Shown: positions 22,180-36,100 of the stretch, piece by piece | Layout of the letters: every line of letters begins with the position of its first letter | Numbering within the stretch: the stretch's first letter is position 1 | The notes under the pieces: model-generated | What the model saw: only the letters and a program-made list of their open reading frames with translations | What the model was told of the DNA's origin: nothing | Database searches by the model: none | Position numbers and translations under genes: made by a program | Origin: Anthoceros angustus | Lineage: Eukaryota > Plantae > Anthocerotophyta | NCBI GenBank assembly: GCA_010909165.1 | Contig: VJWM01000107.1 | Span: 186,001 to 250,000, forward strand | Direction of reading: 5' to 3' | Length of the DNA: 64,000 bases

Positions 22180-23750
22180 GATGAGGATTCAGGACACCAA
22201 ACATGTGCTCAAGGCAGGCAACGTTGCTAGCACAGCATAGCATTGTATGTCTAGGCATGAGCTGTTGTAAGTAGTAGGGTTGAACATGACAGCGATGAAT
22301 CCAGCCTGTTCCTCGGCCTAGCTAGGCCTGTTGGCAAGAATCCTTCCGATTTAGATAAATCTGCTTCTTTGAATTGCTGCCAATTCTGTCTTGTGCCTGT
22401 TGCTATTGCGAATGCAGGAGGTTTCGATTTCCAATGTCGGACGTGTGGAAGAGAGGTGCTTGATGAAGGGAGAGCCGGAAGGACGCCGAGCGCTGGCACC
22501 CGGCGCAACATTGTCAGCAGGGAGGGGAGCTCGGGACTGCAACGGACTCCGTTACGGTACGTGCGGGACTGAGGGCGCCGTGCACCGGGCGGCCGGGGAG
22601 GCCGGGCCCCGCCCCTTCGATAATTTGTGGATCACGCAACAATCGAGGCAGGCCTGGCCATACCGTGCTACGGCTCCTTCCGCCTCCCGGCCTCCATACA
22701 TACATTGACATGCTACTGCTCATGAATACGGTACTAGTGGACCCAGAGCTGTCAGCGGACCAACCGAATCTTCCTCTGCACGTTTGCCTCCACGTAGTCC
22801 AGTGTCGAGCCGCTTGCAGGGATCTCACACACTCGACTCACCGCCCACACATCCTGCGAGCAGCCATGTCTTGGTCGTCGGGGATTCGGACTTGGATATT
22901 TATGCTGGCCAAGTGAGGACAAGACGAAGGCATTGCCTCAGGCTCTTCGCCAGCCCTTTGGACTTTGCCTGTTTCGAGGTGACAACGAATTCAGTTCCCA
23001 CCATGATCGAACGTACATATTCGAAGCCTCCCCTGGTCTGTGGCTTGTGGGCGACTTTGGAGTGCCCTTGTAGAAGCCGGAACGAACATGACCCTGAGCC
23101 TGTGGATCCTGTGATGTGTACATCCGAGGTCTGGTCTGATACAAACGTGGCCGCTGGAATGCTTTCAACACGACTGTTACGAGTGGTCACTGTCCTCATG
23201 GCCTCACGATAATTAGAAGTCCAACTCATGAGCTTCCAATACTAATGCCAGCGCAGCCAGATCATCTCGACGAGATAATGTTCAAAGCTGCTTTCGTAGT
23301 GGCAGCCGAACCTCGCACAGATACATTGCCAGCCTCGACTCCATGCCTCGACTAACACTCAGTGCCTCCGCATTCAGAATGTCCCGGGGTGAAGGTGTCC
23401 CGTATCCCCACTTTGGCTGGCAATTGAAGAAGAGGTACAAGACGTTGAACTGGTAGCCACACAACGGAAGCAAATTATGTATTCTAGCACAGCACAGAAG
23501 TGTCACAATGCTCCACAGACACAGAGTCATGTGCGCTAGAGCAAGTGATAAAACACGTGGCGCCGCTACAATTTGCATATGCCCACCAGCAGTGGAGCTA
23601 GATGGGCCACCTGATGTTGATCCGACGACATACACTGGCAGGCTTGGCGAGTTCCTCAAATTCTCGCTTGGATGTTGCTACTGGCCAGGGCATTACGGTT
23701 ACACAAACTCCAGTCAACCGACCCTGAGGTACCCAAGCCAAGGGGCCAAG
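22180..23750 (-). pseudogene. Decayed tandem paralog of NOT10
   Basis: Colinear similarity to 25660-27600, e.g. 23150-23345 with 26250-26470, 23360-23460 with 26570-26685, and 23460-23700 with 27290-27550 including intron sequence. Carries frameshifts, stops and internal deletions. Outer limits are approximate. Confidence 0.85.
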
Positions 23751-23980
23751 GGCCTTCTATTCTTCTTGTTCTTCTGTAACAGTTTTAACTGTTTTACGTT
23801 CCACATACCAAAACTCAAACTTCGTTGAATGGAGATCCATTACAAGTTGCTGGTTAAAGTTAGAAAGCGAGCATTATGGTGTAGTGCCTCTACGGCATCT
23901 TGGGGGCGGTAGGCAGCTTCAGGGTGGACAATCGCGGGCGTTAGTTCCCCTTGGCCCGGGGCTCTTTCATGGGTTGTTCC

Positions 23981-24027
23981 CCATCTATACTGTGGTGGGT
24001 TGTTCCCCACCACCACAGTATAGATGG
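23981..24027. other. Perfect 18-bp stem hairpin with an 11-nt loop
   Basis: CCATCTATACTGTGGTGG (23981-23998) pairs with CCACCACAGTATAGATGG (24010-24027). Confidence 0.9.
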
Positions 24028-24091
24028 AGCTTTGCATCTCTGTTCTTGTTGGGAAGTGATTATTTAATTTAGAGGGAGCATTGGGTTTTAC

Positions 24092-24267
24092 GGACAGGTT
24101 GGATTATTCTTGGTACACAGAGATCAGGTCGGTCCTCAGGCCGCTCACGTCATCGTTCCCCAGTGCCTTGTTTCCTCTGTATGGGACAGGTTGGATTATT
24201 CTTGGTACACAGATCAGGTCGGTCCTCAGGCCGCTCACGTCATCGTTCCCCAGTGCCTTGTTTCCTA
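24092..24267. repeat. Near-perfect 92-bp-period tandem duplication, followed by decayed partial copies
   Basis: GGACAGGTTGGATTATTCTTGGTACAC... starts at 24092 and 24184. GCCTTGTTTCCT-like cores recur to about 24375. Confidence 0.9.
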
Positions 24268-24792
24268 TGTGGAGGACCGATACCACAAAGCCTTGTTTCC
24301 TATCTCTGTGTGTAGAGGAATGATTCTGATGCATGTAGAGCCTGAGGACTGATATCACAATGCCTTTATTTCCTACGTAGAGGGGAGACCCAGTTTCTGT
24401 CAGCGGACCGACCGAATCTTCCACTCCACGTTATGGAACCACGTAGGGCCGGGATCTCTGGCTCACCACTTCCAGACTCTCCCAGAGTCATCTCGGTCGC
24501 CGAGATTCGGAAGGATATTTGTCGTGGAGCGAGAAGAGCAATGAGTGTATCGCGAATGGCATGCTAGCTTAGACGACGACACAAAGGCATAAATTTACTC
24601 GTTGGCCTTTGTTTGTACCCAGGGGACACCTTCGACCAGGATCAAATATACCTCTTCCCTGCAGCCACAGTGGTGAAGTTGGAACCTCGTCACGTCCAAA
24701 TGCGGCTGCCGTTGGATCAACAATTATGTTACAAAATCAAAGGAACTCTTGAGGAAGATGAATACCTAGCTAACCTAAAATCCCTGCCACTT

Positions 24793-27700
24793 TCAGTCTT
24801 TCGTCCAGTACGCAGATTTGGGGACCACGTACAAACTTCGACAACTCTTCAACAATGAAATAGCCTCCTCCGTCTGCCCTCTGGACAGATGTACAAAAAC
24901 CACTGACAAAGTGGCTGCAGGACTTTCAGGCCATAGTGCAGCTGCCTGAGTGGCCAAGTGATATGCTTGCTCCAGCTCGCCTTGCATGATGTGTATAGCA
25001 GCCAGATTTACGTACAGAGCTGCTCGAGCTCGTGGACCTGTCAGCTTCGATATATCCAAAGATGCAGGCTGCAGGGAATCCGCCCTTATTTTAGGACTTG
25101 AAGCATCAGGATTAACAACATCATCAACATCCACGCTGGCCTCACTGTTGTCCCCACTTCTCCATTTCGATGCACCATCATCGTCCGCAGAATGTGAGGA
25201 TGTCTCTGCGACATTGCTGTCTTCCATACACTTGGCTATGTGCTCAGCAGCTTCTTTGGTGCGGTCTAACATACACAGTGATTCAGCTGCATACATGTGG
25301 GCAAGAAATGTCAGCATCTTCAAACTGTCCACTTGAGCAAGTATTGTTCTAGCAGTAGCAAGAGCTACCACTGGATTTTCTAGACACAACTCCACATACG
25401 ATAAGTTTGCCAGCACCAATTGTCGCAGATAAGAGTTCTCCTTTCGTCTTTCTTCTTCATATGCTGCAATGGTGGAGGCGATACTGCCTGTCGCGCCAGC
25501 GAATACTTTACTTTCCTTCAAATCACTGTCTAGGTTACCCTGTCCCGCCGAGCCATACAAGCCCTTGGCCTCGGGAGCCTGCTCTTGCACACCCCCTATG
25601 CTATCATCACCCTCTTTCGCATCTGCATTTGCTGGGCTTCCAACATCCCTGGCTTGTAGGCGTGTGAGCAAAAACAAGGCATTCCTCAGACACTGCCTAG
25701 CAAAAGTCATTGTCAGCTTGTGTGGCTTGCCAAATGGAAGAGGCTCCTCCGATCCCTGAATATCTGACTGCCCAGAGCTAGACTGTATTTCTTCAAACAC
25801 TGGCTCCCAGCTACCAGAGTGCTTCAATGTCGGATTCAATGATCCACTGGGTAGAATCACCCTTCTCAGCTTACCATCTCCAACAATGGACACTCTCAAC
25901 TCCTCCCTCTTGGCAGGAAACGCTGGGGTAGGGGCATCCAACAAACCCTTCTCCAGAGCCACAATGGTGCACTCCGCAAGGCGGAGCCACAACACCGGCT
26001 GATTGTAGAAGAGGCATGCTGCTTCCTGCAAACACTTTGATGCCAACACCGGATCAGCACAGCTTAACCGCTGCAGCCCTGCATTGTACAAAACAGAAAG
26101 TGACTTGTCCTCCGAAAATGTAATCAGATCCACAGTCTTCCCTGGTTTGGCTTGAGGACAACTTTGGAGTGCCTTCAAAAAATAGAAGCTGGCGACATGA
26201 TCCTTGTGGATCCTATGATGTATACATCCGAGATTCGATAGAAACATGGCCCTCGGAATTCCTTCAGCACGACTGTTACATGTGGTCAGAATCTTTATGG
26301 CCTTGCGATAATTAGCTCGAGTGTACTCCAACTGAGCTTTCAATACGAGAGCAGCCAGATTATCTCGTGATATGTTCAAAGCTGCTTTCACTTCTCTTTT
26401 GGCAGCCTTGAGGTTTCGAGTCAGAAGTAGCAGTCGAACCTTATATAAATGAATTGCCAGCCTCGACTCCACTACAGCAGGTGAAGGTTTCTGCACACCA
26501 GAAGCCCGAGGGACACCTTTAGGCAATGGTGCAGATCTGACTCCATGGGAGCCTTCAATCTCCAACTCAATGCTCAGGGCCTCCTCATCCAGAACTTCCT
26601 CGGATGAAGTTCTAATAAGCCCCGTCTCTCCATTTGGGCTGGCAATCAAGGAAGAAGCACCAGATGTTGAACTACTAGCAAAACTGTTTTCAGCAGTTCC
26701 CGACGATCCTGGAACTATAGTTGCAGACTGAGAAACTGTTAAAATGGGCGGTTGAGCTTGGGCAGAAGTACCACTCTCTCCGGATGACTGCAGACCCCCA
26801 AATACCTTCTCCATGTACTGTAACACAGCCTGCACGAAAAACAGAAGATGAATCACCAAGATTTTGCATTGCTGTTAAATGAGCCGTCCACAATGTAAAA
26901 ATATGAACCAATCGGTGTGACAACAAACAAAGGCTGACTTTACTCACTGCAGCTTTTGCAGGTTGTCCAGATGACAAAGTGATCTCCAAAATCAGCTGAC
27001 AGATCCGCAACGCAGCTGTCTGCAGGCAGACTGAAATCAAAATGACATACCTTAAAAGATTAAAAACAAAAACTGTTTTTCACATTGATGACACCTACAA
27101 CAGTCCAGTTAGAACGTACCTCTTCAATGGGCTCTATGTTACGATACAAGAGCTCTAATATGGCCAGTGCCTTTGTATACTGACGCATGTGAAAGAAGAT
27201 AACTGCCTGCACAAAAAGATTGTCATGCATGTGGGTAAGATTTAGCGCATCAGATCTACAATGTTAACACACAGAAAACCTGGACCTTCCACAGGAAACA
27301 GGAGCAGAAAAAGCTTACAGTATTTAAGGATAGAGCAGAACTGTCATAGTCGTCCGCAGACAGTGAGACATCTGCGCGACGATAAGTGGTTTAGAACGAG
27401 GCTACTGCCCAAATTTTCATATTTTCACCAGCAGTGGGGCTAGACAGTCTACCTGATGTTGATCCAGGGACATCCACTTGTTCTTCAGCAGCCCTTGCGA
27501 GCTCCTCAGTTTTCGATTGTCTGTCGCTACTGGCCAGGGACTGTTACAGAAATTCCCATCATCCGAGAGGTGAATATCTGAAAGCAAAACAAGGGGCCGC
27601 TAAATGTGACAGAGTAGATGAGAGAGTAAAGAACCTAGTTAAGGAGAATGGTGAGATCGCCGCTAAACGGCAGCGTTCTACCTTCAACCTGGCCAGGGTG

Positions 27701-28432
27701 TCCAGCAACTTTTGGGGATCGCTGCATCCGTCCCTGTAGAACTCAGCCAATGCGATGTTGTGCTGAACCTGCCACGACGACGACGACGAAACTCAATCGA
27801 TGCGCAGAAATGAGTGACTTTGAGAGGTAGGCTAGCTAGCGCTGCTTTGTGGGATTGGACGAAGTGGTGGCTGTGTGATGGGGGAATCTTAACAACATCC
27901 TCGATAGCCATATGCCCCCTCTCCCCTCCCTTCCCCTTCTACCCCCGCCCTCTGCCTCCTCCTGCCCCTGCTCCTCCCACCCCTACTTCCCTCCACGCCC
28001 CGCGCCCCGCCTCCCCCATTCAGTCGTGCCATGAAAGCTTAGATCTAGCTGGGAGCTAATGAGAACACGGAACACCCAACATCTGTGAACGCCCTCAGAC
28101 CTCGTAGGGCCACTGGGTTTGCCGGAAACACTCCCCTTTGAGGGAATAGAGTCCAGTTCAATAAGGACAGAGCACAAGGACAAGGACAAGCACGAATGTC
28201 TCACCTTGATATCATCCTCCTTCTTTTGCAGCAGCTGGTGCAGGATGGCGAGACACTCCGCATAAGACCCTGCGTGGAAGAGAGAAGCGGCCTCCTTGGC
28301 CTGGGCACCGACTGCCAGGCGCCCTCCCTCGTCTCCCAGCGAGGCACCGTTTTTCTCGCTTGCCGGTGCTGCAGGAATGGCAGCTGCTCCATCCTTAGAA
28401 GCCAGAGCTGGCGCGGCCTCTACACCTTCCAT
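24793..28432 (-). CDS. NOT10: CCR4-NOT transcription complex subunit 10
   Basis: Multi-exon TPR-like protein: AKEAASLFHAGSYAECL, VQHNIALAEF, DDYDSSALSLNTAVIFFH, YKVRLLLLTRNLKAAKREVK, LKAQLEYTRANYRKAIK, LWLRLAEC, YAAESLC. ATG at 28432; large last exon about 26830-24793. Confidence 0.93.
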
Positions 28433-29378
28433 AGCCAATGCACCGGGTCCGCGTCTCGGCAACGCACAAATCTGTTTCGGCTTCGAGCAGCTCCCCTTCA
28501 CACCATGCAAATTGGAGAGGCCAGCCAAGCCCTAAATACAGGAACAACGACACTTTTCTGAAGCGAAGTTTCGACAGCCTCGTGAAACGTGCGAGTGCCA
28601 GCTCGAGGCGACAGAATCTCGGGCCTTCGCAACTCCAAGCTGCAGAGATAGTTTCTTCGACAGGTCGCCGGTCGGTCTGCGGCAGGCACGTTTGAGCCGT
28701 GTCTCGCGTCTGCCAGATCTGGGGACCGATCTGACGATGGTCTTTGCTAGATGGACTTTTCTATGATTTGAGCAGAGATCGAGGATTGCAGCAGAAGCTG
28801 AAGGATCTCCGACGCTCTTTCTTCTCGTTAAGTTGTATACCGACGACTCGGATGCGGCAAACGTCGACCCAGACGAGGGCGCCTTTTGCTGTGTTTACCT
28901 GCATAGTGGATGCCCTGTGGAATCGGCTCGGCAGCCGTCTTGTGTAACATAAGCATGCACGGGCCTGCCGCTGACGTGCACGCATGGTTATCCAGGAATG
29001 TAAAGTCTGGAGTTGGTGCTCATTCCGAGTCTGGCAGCGAGAAGTTTGAGGTAGCAGAATTGATCTGCCATGAACCGTGCAGGATAGCCTGCTAGACTGT
29101 CAGGATTCACAAGCTATACACGATGATGCACAGCTGGAGGCAGGAGCAGCGTCAGCAAATGCGAGTGGTTCGGTCGAAGCGTGCTGGAAAGGCTAATTAG
29201 GTTTTAAGTGGCAGTTTTAATTCAAGGCCAGGAGGGAACCCTAAGGGAATTGTAGGAGCTCATTGCGGCATTCACGGTGGGGCTCCATTTGAGCGTCGGG
29301 CTTGTTGACGGTAGAGGCAGCAAGACCCCAGCAGTTCGTTGCAACTGGTAGCAGGGATAGAGGTAGGGTGGAGCAGCG
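28433..29378. promoter_or_regulatory. Probable bidirectional promoter between NOT10 and the CCHC-KH gene
   Basis: Start codons of two divergent conserved genes are about 950 bp apart. No specific elements identified. Confidence 0.5.
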
Positions 29379-32300
29379 ATGGCGGATGGGGATGATGAGA
29401 GAGACGAGGAGTGGTTCAAGGAGGTGTATGGGCGGGAGTATACTGGGCCGCCCAGGGCCCCGCGGGACAATCCCCGGGAGGGCGGTGGCAAAGTGATGAA
29501 GAAGAGGTCGACCGGCAACGCCAGCGCTAGCGCTGGTGAGTCTGAGGAAGAGGACGAGGCCCGGGACCCCAATGCTGTGCCTACCGACTTCACCAGTAGA
29601 GAGGCCAAGGTCTGGGAAGCTAAGGCCAAAGCTGTAGAGAGGAACTGGAAGCGCAGGAAAGAGGAGGAGCTCACATGCCGTATCTGTGGGGAGGTTGGCC
29701 ATTTTGCGCAGGTAAGTCAGCATGCTTAAAACAATCTCGAGTGCGCGGCCGGCGCAGTGCGGGGTTCCCTGAGAGCCGGTCCTCTCTTGCTTTCTGCTCC
29801 TAGTTGAGAACCTATAAGGCACCTCCACCACGCATGTAAAGAGATTGTGCCGCGGTCCGGCTCTTTCTGAAACTAGCAGCGGATTGCACCATGGGACACA
29901 CCAGTAGCAGCTGCAGCCGGGTGGGCACCCGCGCTGCAGCTTGCCTGGTGTTTTGGGGGTAGTGTATTGGGGTTACGGTGGCACTGATCATCTGAACAGT
30001 TTTTATATCTCCTTCTGCAGGGTTGTCCGACCACCTTAGGAGGCAATCCGCGCAAACCAGGTGAGGTGGTGGAAAGAATAACCTTAAGGGACAAGCGACT
30101 CAGGCCACGCTTGATTGGGACTGGGGGCACTGTTATACAGAATATTGAGAAAGATACAGGTTGTCGGCTGAAGCTGGAGGATAACCTTACCGTGGGGCAT
30201 GGAGCCTTCTTTGTCAAGATTACAGGACCTGATAAACATAGTGTGTCTAAGGCTGCGGATGCGGTCAATAAGTTGGTGGATCAGGTGGAAGATGAGTGGA
30301 AACAGCAAAATACAAGACGCTCTCAAGGCTCTTTCCGTGGATCTTCAGTGAACCCTTTAATTGCTGCACAGATGCAGCACATTGCTGTTCAAAGACTTCA
30401 TCATTCACCAGGTGTATCGTCTGGCCCCGGACGTGGTGAAGGACCCCCACCCCTGGATGAGGACAAGCGCACAATTGAGCACATTGCTTCTCAGCTGGAG
30501 GCTCGTAGGCATTGGGAAGCCGTTTCTGGCTCGTCCCAAGGCTTAAATGGATCTGGCTCCTCGCCTTCGTTTTCGTACAAAGAGGGTGAGACCCAGTTTT
30601 CCATTGCCCCCTAATTCTTTTTTTTAGTAGCTTAATGGACGGTGCCATGTAGAACCTTTTAGTCACTATGGATGGGAATGTAGAAATAGGCTCCGCTGGC
30701 CTATGAGCAGTGCCATCCTAAAGCTGACTCTCGGGTTGGATTATCGATGTAGTAGCTGGAGGTTAACCATCTCAAGGTAAGTCTCTGCATGACCCGTCCA
30801 CAGCTGCTTGCCAAGGAGGTCGTTCCTAGTTCCCTGCAGTCGTCTGTCCCGAAGATCAATGTCCCCATGAGATGGAGCCCTGGGGGCAAAGAGGGTTTAC
30901 GTTAGGCTGGAAGTTGTTGCGGATACAAATATCCCAGGGATGTCTCATGATAACGAAGCCGAGTTCTTTTTGTTCTACTTCTGGTCAAGTAGCTCTTCTG
31001 TGGGTCATAGGCTTTATCTACCGGGGCACATTGGGATCTCGCCGACCTTACCCTTTCCTCATTTCTTGAAGGCCGAGGTGCTTCTGGAGCTGGGAGTATT
31101 CCACCGCAGTTTGCTGTTAAAGGCTCAGGGACACCAGCACTAGATGGAGCTGCCTACTACCATGGGTCAAACCAGGATAGTGGTTCCTTTCAGGGTGGCA
31201 ACCCAACCCAAGAGCAAGAACAGGATATGGATCTTGGATATGAAGAGCAACCCCTTCCTCAGTCGCTTGAGGAGCTGGAGCAACGGTTTTTGCAAGAAAC
31301 TATTGATCTAACTAAAGATCAGAATGTGGAGGAGGACAAAGAGAATGTCAGGCACCGAGAGGTAATTCCTTATTCTCTGTTTCTTGTTATCAAGTCTGCA
31401 GAGGTCTGTACATTAGGGAGCAGATGTTGCTGAAGAAAAATGCATGGGCAAAAATGTTGCCAGTCGATGGCTGCCTGCAACCGTATGGCATGAGGGTCAT
31501 GTCCCCGGTTTGCTTTTGTTGAGAGTTGCACCAGTGGGCTCCTCTGGTGAATCTGTTTTGTTGACGAGCTTCTGATCAAGATTCTCAGAGTTGGAGGACT
31601 TGATCTCAGTGTTTATGTTGCATTGCTGCCACAATGACTACGTCCAGGTAGGCTTCTTACCAACGGGGTTGTTTAAGGAGAGTAGTGCTTGCTTGCATCG
31701 GTGCCTGGCGAGTAAAGTTGCTAAACAAAGCAGTCATGAGAATCCAAGTTCTCTGTCCACTGGTAGCCTCAATTGCTTTGCCCATCAACCTCCTCAGGTC
31801 TCTGCTTTTATATGATCTTGTGTGTCTCCTACTGTGCCTGGCATCTCCGATTCTTGTTCAAATTTTCTCCTTTCTCTTGTTCACATTTCTCACTTAAATG
31901 TTGTTGGTAGGATGCTGCCGAGTGACTAGCGTCGGAATAAGAGTTGAGGGACATTGTTAGTCGTGCTCAACTTTTAGAATGACTTGCGTCCGTCGATGTC
32001 TCTGATATGGGGCTGACCGTTGCCATTGTGGTACATCTTTACAGCACATGAGGGACATTCAGGAGCAGTATCAGCAGAAGATGACTACCCTGAGGAACAA
32101 GCATGCCAAACAACGGGAGGACTACCTGAGGCATGAAGCCCAATTGAGGCAGCAGCAATATCAGCAAGGTTCTTACTTCTATAATGGTGGAGGTGCCCTT
32201 CCATCGGGACGATCACTCTCCAACTTCAACGGTGGTAGTTACGACCTGCGAAATCATCTATCCGGCTCCGATGGACCAGCTTATGATTCGTACAAGGACG

Positions 32301-32428
32301 GGTTGTCTCACCTCAGTGGCCATTCTTTCAGCAGAAAGGGCTTTGATAGTGGCAAAGGCTACAGTGGAAATCAAGGTTACGACTCCTCTTACTATGGTTC
32401 CTCGCAGGCATATCAATCTTATGGTTGA
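29379..32428 (+). CDS. CCHC zinc-knuckle plus KH-domain RNA-binding protein
   Basis: Exons 29379-29711, 30021-30585, about 31071-31361 and 32046-32428. The knuckle CRICGEVGHFAQ/GCP spans intron 1; KH-like LIGTGGTVIQNIEKDTG; conserved RDPNAVPTDFTSREAKVWEAK; C-terminal coiled coil. Confidence 0.85.
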
Positions 32429-33130
32429 TATCTCAACTTCCTTATTCAGTGTTGTACAGAGGGCTTGCCCTGCTGGTTGACTGATGACTGAATACGCGTG
32501 GCGGTGGAGTTCTGAGCGTCGATCACAGCCCTTCATGCAGCATAGATCAACAATTCAATCTACCGCAGGGCCTGATCGTCCACCTTTGAGAAAACCAATC
32601 AACGTGTTTGATTTATACATCACTTGGCCGCGCGTTGCAGCAGCAACCAACTTGTTCGTGCTCCCAGGTCTCTCGTTTTCGCTATGAGCGCATCGCATCT
32701 TTCTACACGCATATTCATTGCGAAATTGTAAATGACGCCCCTGGTTGCCCTCCTCGCGAGTCCATCTTATCCTTCAATGTCCGCCATTCAAGGTCGCCAC
32801 CGAAGTAAAGCCAACTGATTCAGATGCCGTTTCTGAAAATCTGATAGTCTTCCAATCGCACGAGGCAGAGCCGCAGTGAACTCGCCGTCCTAAAGGCACT
32901 TGCTTTCTTGAGCTGAGCTCCGATCACAATTCTTCTCCTATTTCATCGGCCGTGTCATCAGTCTTAGTTCTCAGGAGCCCAGGATCAAGCAAACTCAAGT
33001 CATACTTGGTAAGGAAACTGCGAATTTACTTCCCTTCAATTTCAATTTCAGAGTGGTTCCTTCACCACCTGCTCGTGTGATTTGCTTTTGGTGACCTGCC
33101 TGGAGAATTGCTGCTGCTCAGAGCGTAAGT

Positions 33131-36100
33131 ATGAAGCTCGGTAGAGGACACGCAGCCCTTGTGACGGGTGCAGGCTCTGGAATTGGTATGCTCAGCCCCC
33201 TAAATTCCGAATCACACTTCTGGGACCATCACCCATTCAATTGTTCTTGCCATCTTTCGTTTTGCCATGGGCTGTTGGGCAGGAACCATCTTGAATGGGA
33301 AACTGGTTTGAGGATGTCTAACTGCTAACAGAATGCCTGTAAGCTGATATATCGTTGTTGGATTGTCTACAGGTAGGGCCTTGTCCCTGGCATTAGCACA
33401 GAATGGTGTAAGCTTATCCCTTCTGGATCTGTCAGAAAAGGGGGGTCTGGAGACGCTTGAGCTCGTGAAAGCAGAGCACGCTAAACTACAAATATATAAT
33501 TCAGCCATCTTCGTGAAGTGCAATGTTACAAACCCAGGTACGTTGGCTTGTCAGCTTTGGGCTTTGTACTCACAGCTGCACTTTTTTGTCACCATTGCCA
33601 ATTGTGATGCTCTTCCTGCTGAAGGTGTTGTCGCTATCTTTTGACAAACAGAACAACTGGCCAATGGGTTTGCTGTCCATCAGTCCACTTTTGGGAGGTT
33701 GGATCTCTGCATTAACAATGCTGGCATCAGTGAACGGGATTTTTTTACTGACGACAAAAGCAGCGATGGAAAAGGATCTTGGAGAACAGTTGTGGATGTC
33801 AACTTTGTGTCTGTGATTGATGGGACACGTCTTGCTGTAGGTCGCATATCCCTATGAGCCCTGCAAATATCGCCAGTTGATAGTTCAGATTCTTAAATGA
33901 GTGTAATGGCTTGATGCTAGAAGCAAAGAGTCACGTACGAGTCACGTACGACTGGCTAACGGGTTGGTTGCTAATGGGTCCTTAGATCAACATCATGCAA
34001 GAAAGTGGTCAGGGAGGAGCAATTTTGAACATAGCTTCAGCTTCTGGACTTTATCCAGCGCACTTTATGCCAATCTATTCTTCGACGAAAAGTAGGCAGC
34101 CTCACCTGTTGTTTTTTGGCTGCTGAGGAAGCGTTTCTTTTTTATTTATGCCAGTACTTACCGTGCCCTTCTGGCTTGAAAATTTGCACTTTTAAGGTGG
34201 CGTGGTGATGTTCTCAAGATCTCTTGCGAAGCTTAAAAGTAAAGGCATCCGAGTGAACGCCCTATGTCCCGAGGTTCCTTTGTCCCCCTCGCCATTTGGC
34301 ATCTAATGGCCTGAAAGATAATCTCTGCATATTTCTGTTGCATCACTTGCTGGCATAACGCGTTTGCAGTTTGTTGAAACTGAGATGACTAAGCCACTCG
34401 ATAAAGGGATAATTGCAGCTTCTAATGGCTTCATTAGTATGGAACGATTGGTGCAAGGTGCAAATTTCACCCCTAAGTCCAGTCTATGGAGCTCTGTTAC
34501 TTGTTTCCATGATGCAGACAGGTTGTTTACTGGAGTTTCTCAGATGTACTCATCCCCTGAGGTCTTCCAGTGTTGTTATCTTGGAGCTATGCTTGGCCCC
34601 GTGGATTATGGCCAAACAGAAAAAAAACCTAAAACGTGCTGTACGATTTCGCAGGTTCTTTTGAGTTAATAGAAGATGACACCAAAGCTGGTCAAGCTCT
34701 TTGGATCTCCAACAGGCGTGGCTTCGAGTATTGGCCTTCTTTAGAGGAAAAAAAGAAGTACCTCCTGGCTTTCGCTCCAAAGAAAACAGATGCTCTTTCG
34801 GCATCCAAACCTCTGACAAAACCTGCCCTTACGATTCCAGAAGAGTACCGGAAAATGTGAGTGGTGTCTTCTGCCGTATTTATGGTTTTATTGGGGGCCC
34901 GTTGGTAAATATCTCGACTCATGTTGGAAGCTGCTGCGCTGCAGAATCGTGCAAAGGTTGAGCAATGATTTTAGGGGTGCCACAGCAATTGTGACAGTGC
35001 CCTTTAAACCTCCAGTGAAGCCTGGTCATGTACTTATCAAGCACTTATATGCCGGAGTCAATGCCAGTGATGTAAGTAGATCTTTTTCAACTTACTGTTG
35101 GTTTTCAATACTTAGCGTTGGGCAGAGCCCTCAGACCCACCAGTGCTGCTTTTTCAGCAATGAACCGATCAGACCGAAAAGTCTCAGTCTGGGGACTTAT
35201 TTCACTTATGACCTTTGTCCACCACAGGTGAACTTCAGTGCTGGACGGTATTTTGGCAGTGAGAAGTCCGCAGCAGCTCTTCTCCCATTCGAAGCTGGGT
35301 TTGAGGTGAATCATACAGAACCAGCCTTGTACAAGTCCAAGAAGAGTAGATATTATTTGGAAGATCTTTTGTGCTGAGCGGTACAGTTTGCAGACCGTTG
35401 GAATTGTTGCAGGTTTGGGAGAGGGTTTGACAATACCAGAACTGGCACTGGGCTCCCCTGTTGCAACAATGACCTATGGGGGCTTCGCAGAGTTTGGACA
35501 GGTCTGAAACCTCTTTTCCCTCTATGGGATGGTTTCTTCCTGGCATGGGCAGTAGGGGATTCTTGTTTTACATTCACCGTGTTCTGCATTTACAGGTGGC
35601 TGCCAAGTATGTGATTCCGGTGCCTGCAGCCATCCCAGAGGTTGTTGCTTTGTTGACATCAGGATTAACTGCCTCAATAGCTCTGGAAGAGGTTGGAGCT
35701 CTCCACTAAAACTTCTGCTATTTATCAGGGAGGAACATTGACTAATCTAAGAGTTTGATGCACAGGCAGGGAGAATAAAATCCGGTGAGACGGTTCTTGT
35801 TACTGCCGCTGCTGGAGGAACTGGGCAATTTGCAGTTCAGGTAAGCTCCCGAAGAAGTTAAAGCATAGAATGAGACTTATGGTGAACTGAGGCTCCGGAC
35901 ATGTAATTGCTCAAGTCTCAGTATATTGTTTGCTCCGTCGCTGAACAGTTAGCCAGACTGGCTGGCAACAAAGTCATTGCAACCTGCGGAGGATCTGTGA
36001 AAGCTGAGCTGCTGCGGAACTTGGGTTCGCAACGTGTGATCGACTATCACAAGGAGGACGTCAAATCTGTTGGGTTTCCGGCACAACTTATCCACCAATA

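Noticed and set aside
23870-23955. tRNA- or SINE-like A box (TGGTGTAGTG) with a weak B box
   Set aside because: No cloverleaf can be folded and the B box does not match GTTCRANNC.
27500-27690. Apparent frame conflict at the NOT10 exon 2 to exon 3 junction
   Set aside because: Resolved by the acceptor TTTCTGTAACAG, which gives an in-frame SLASSDRQSKTEEL.
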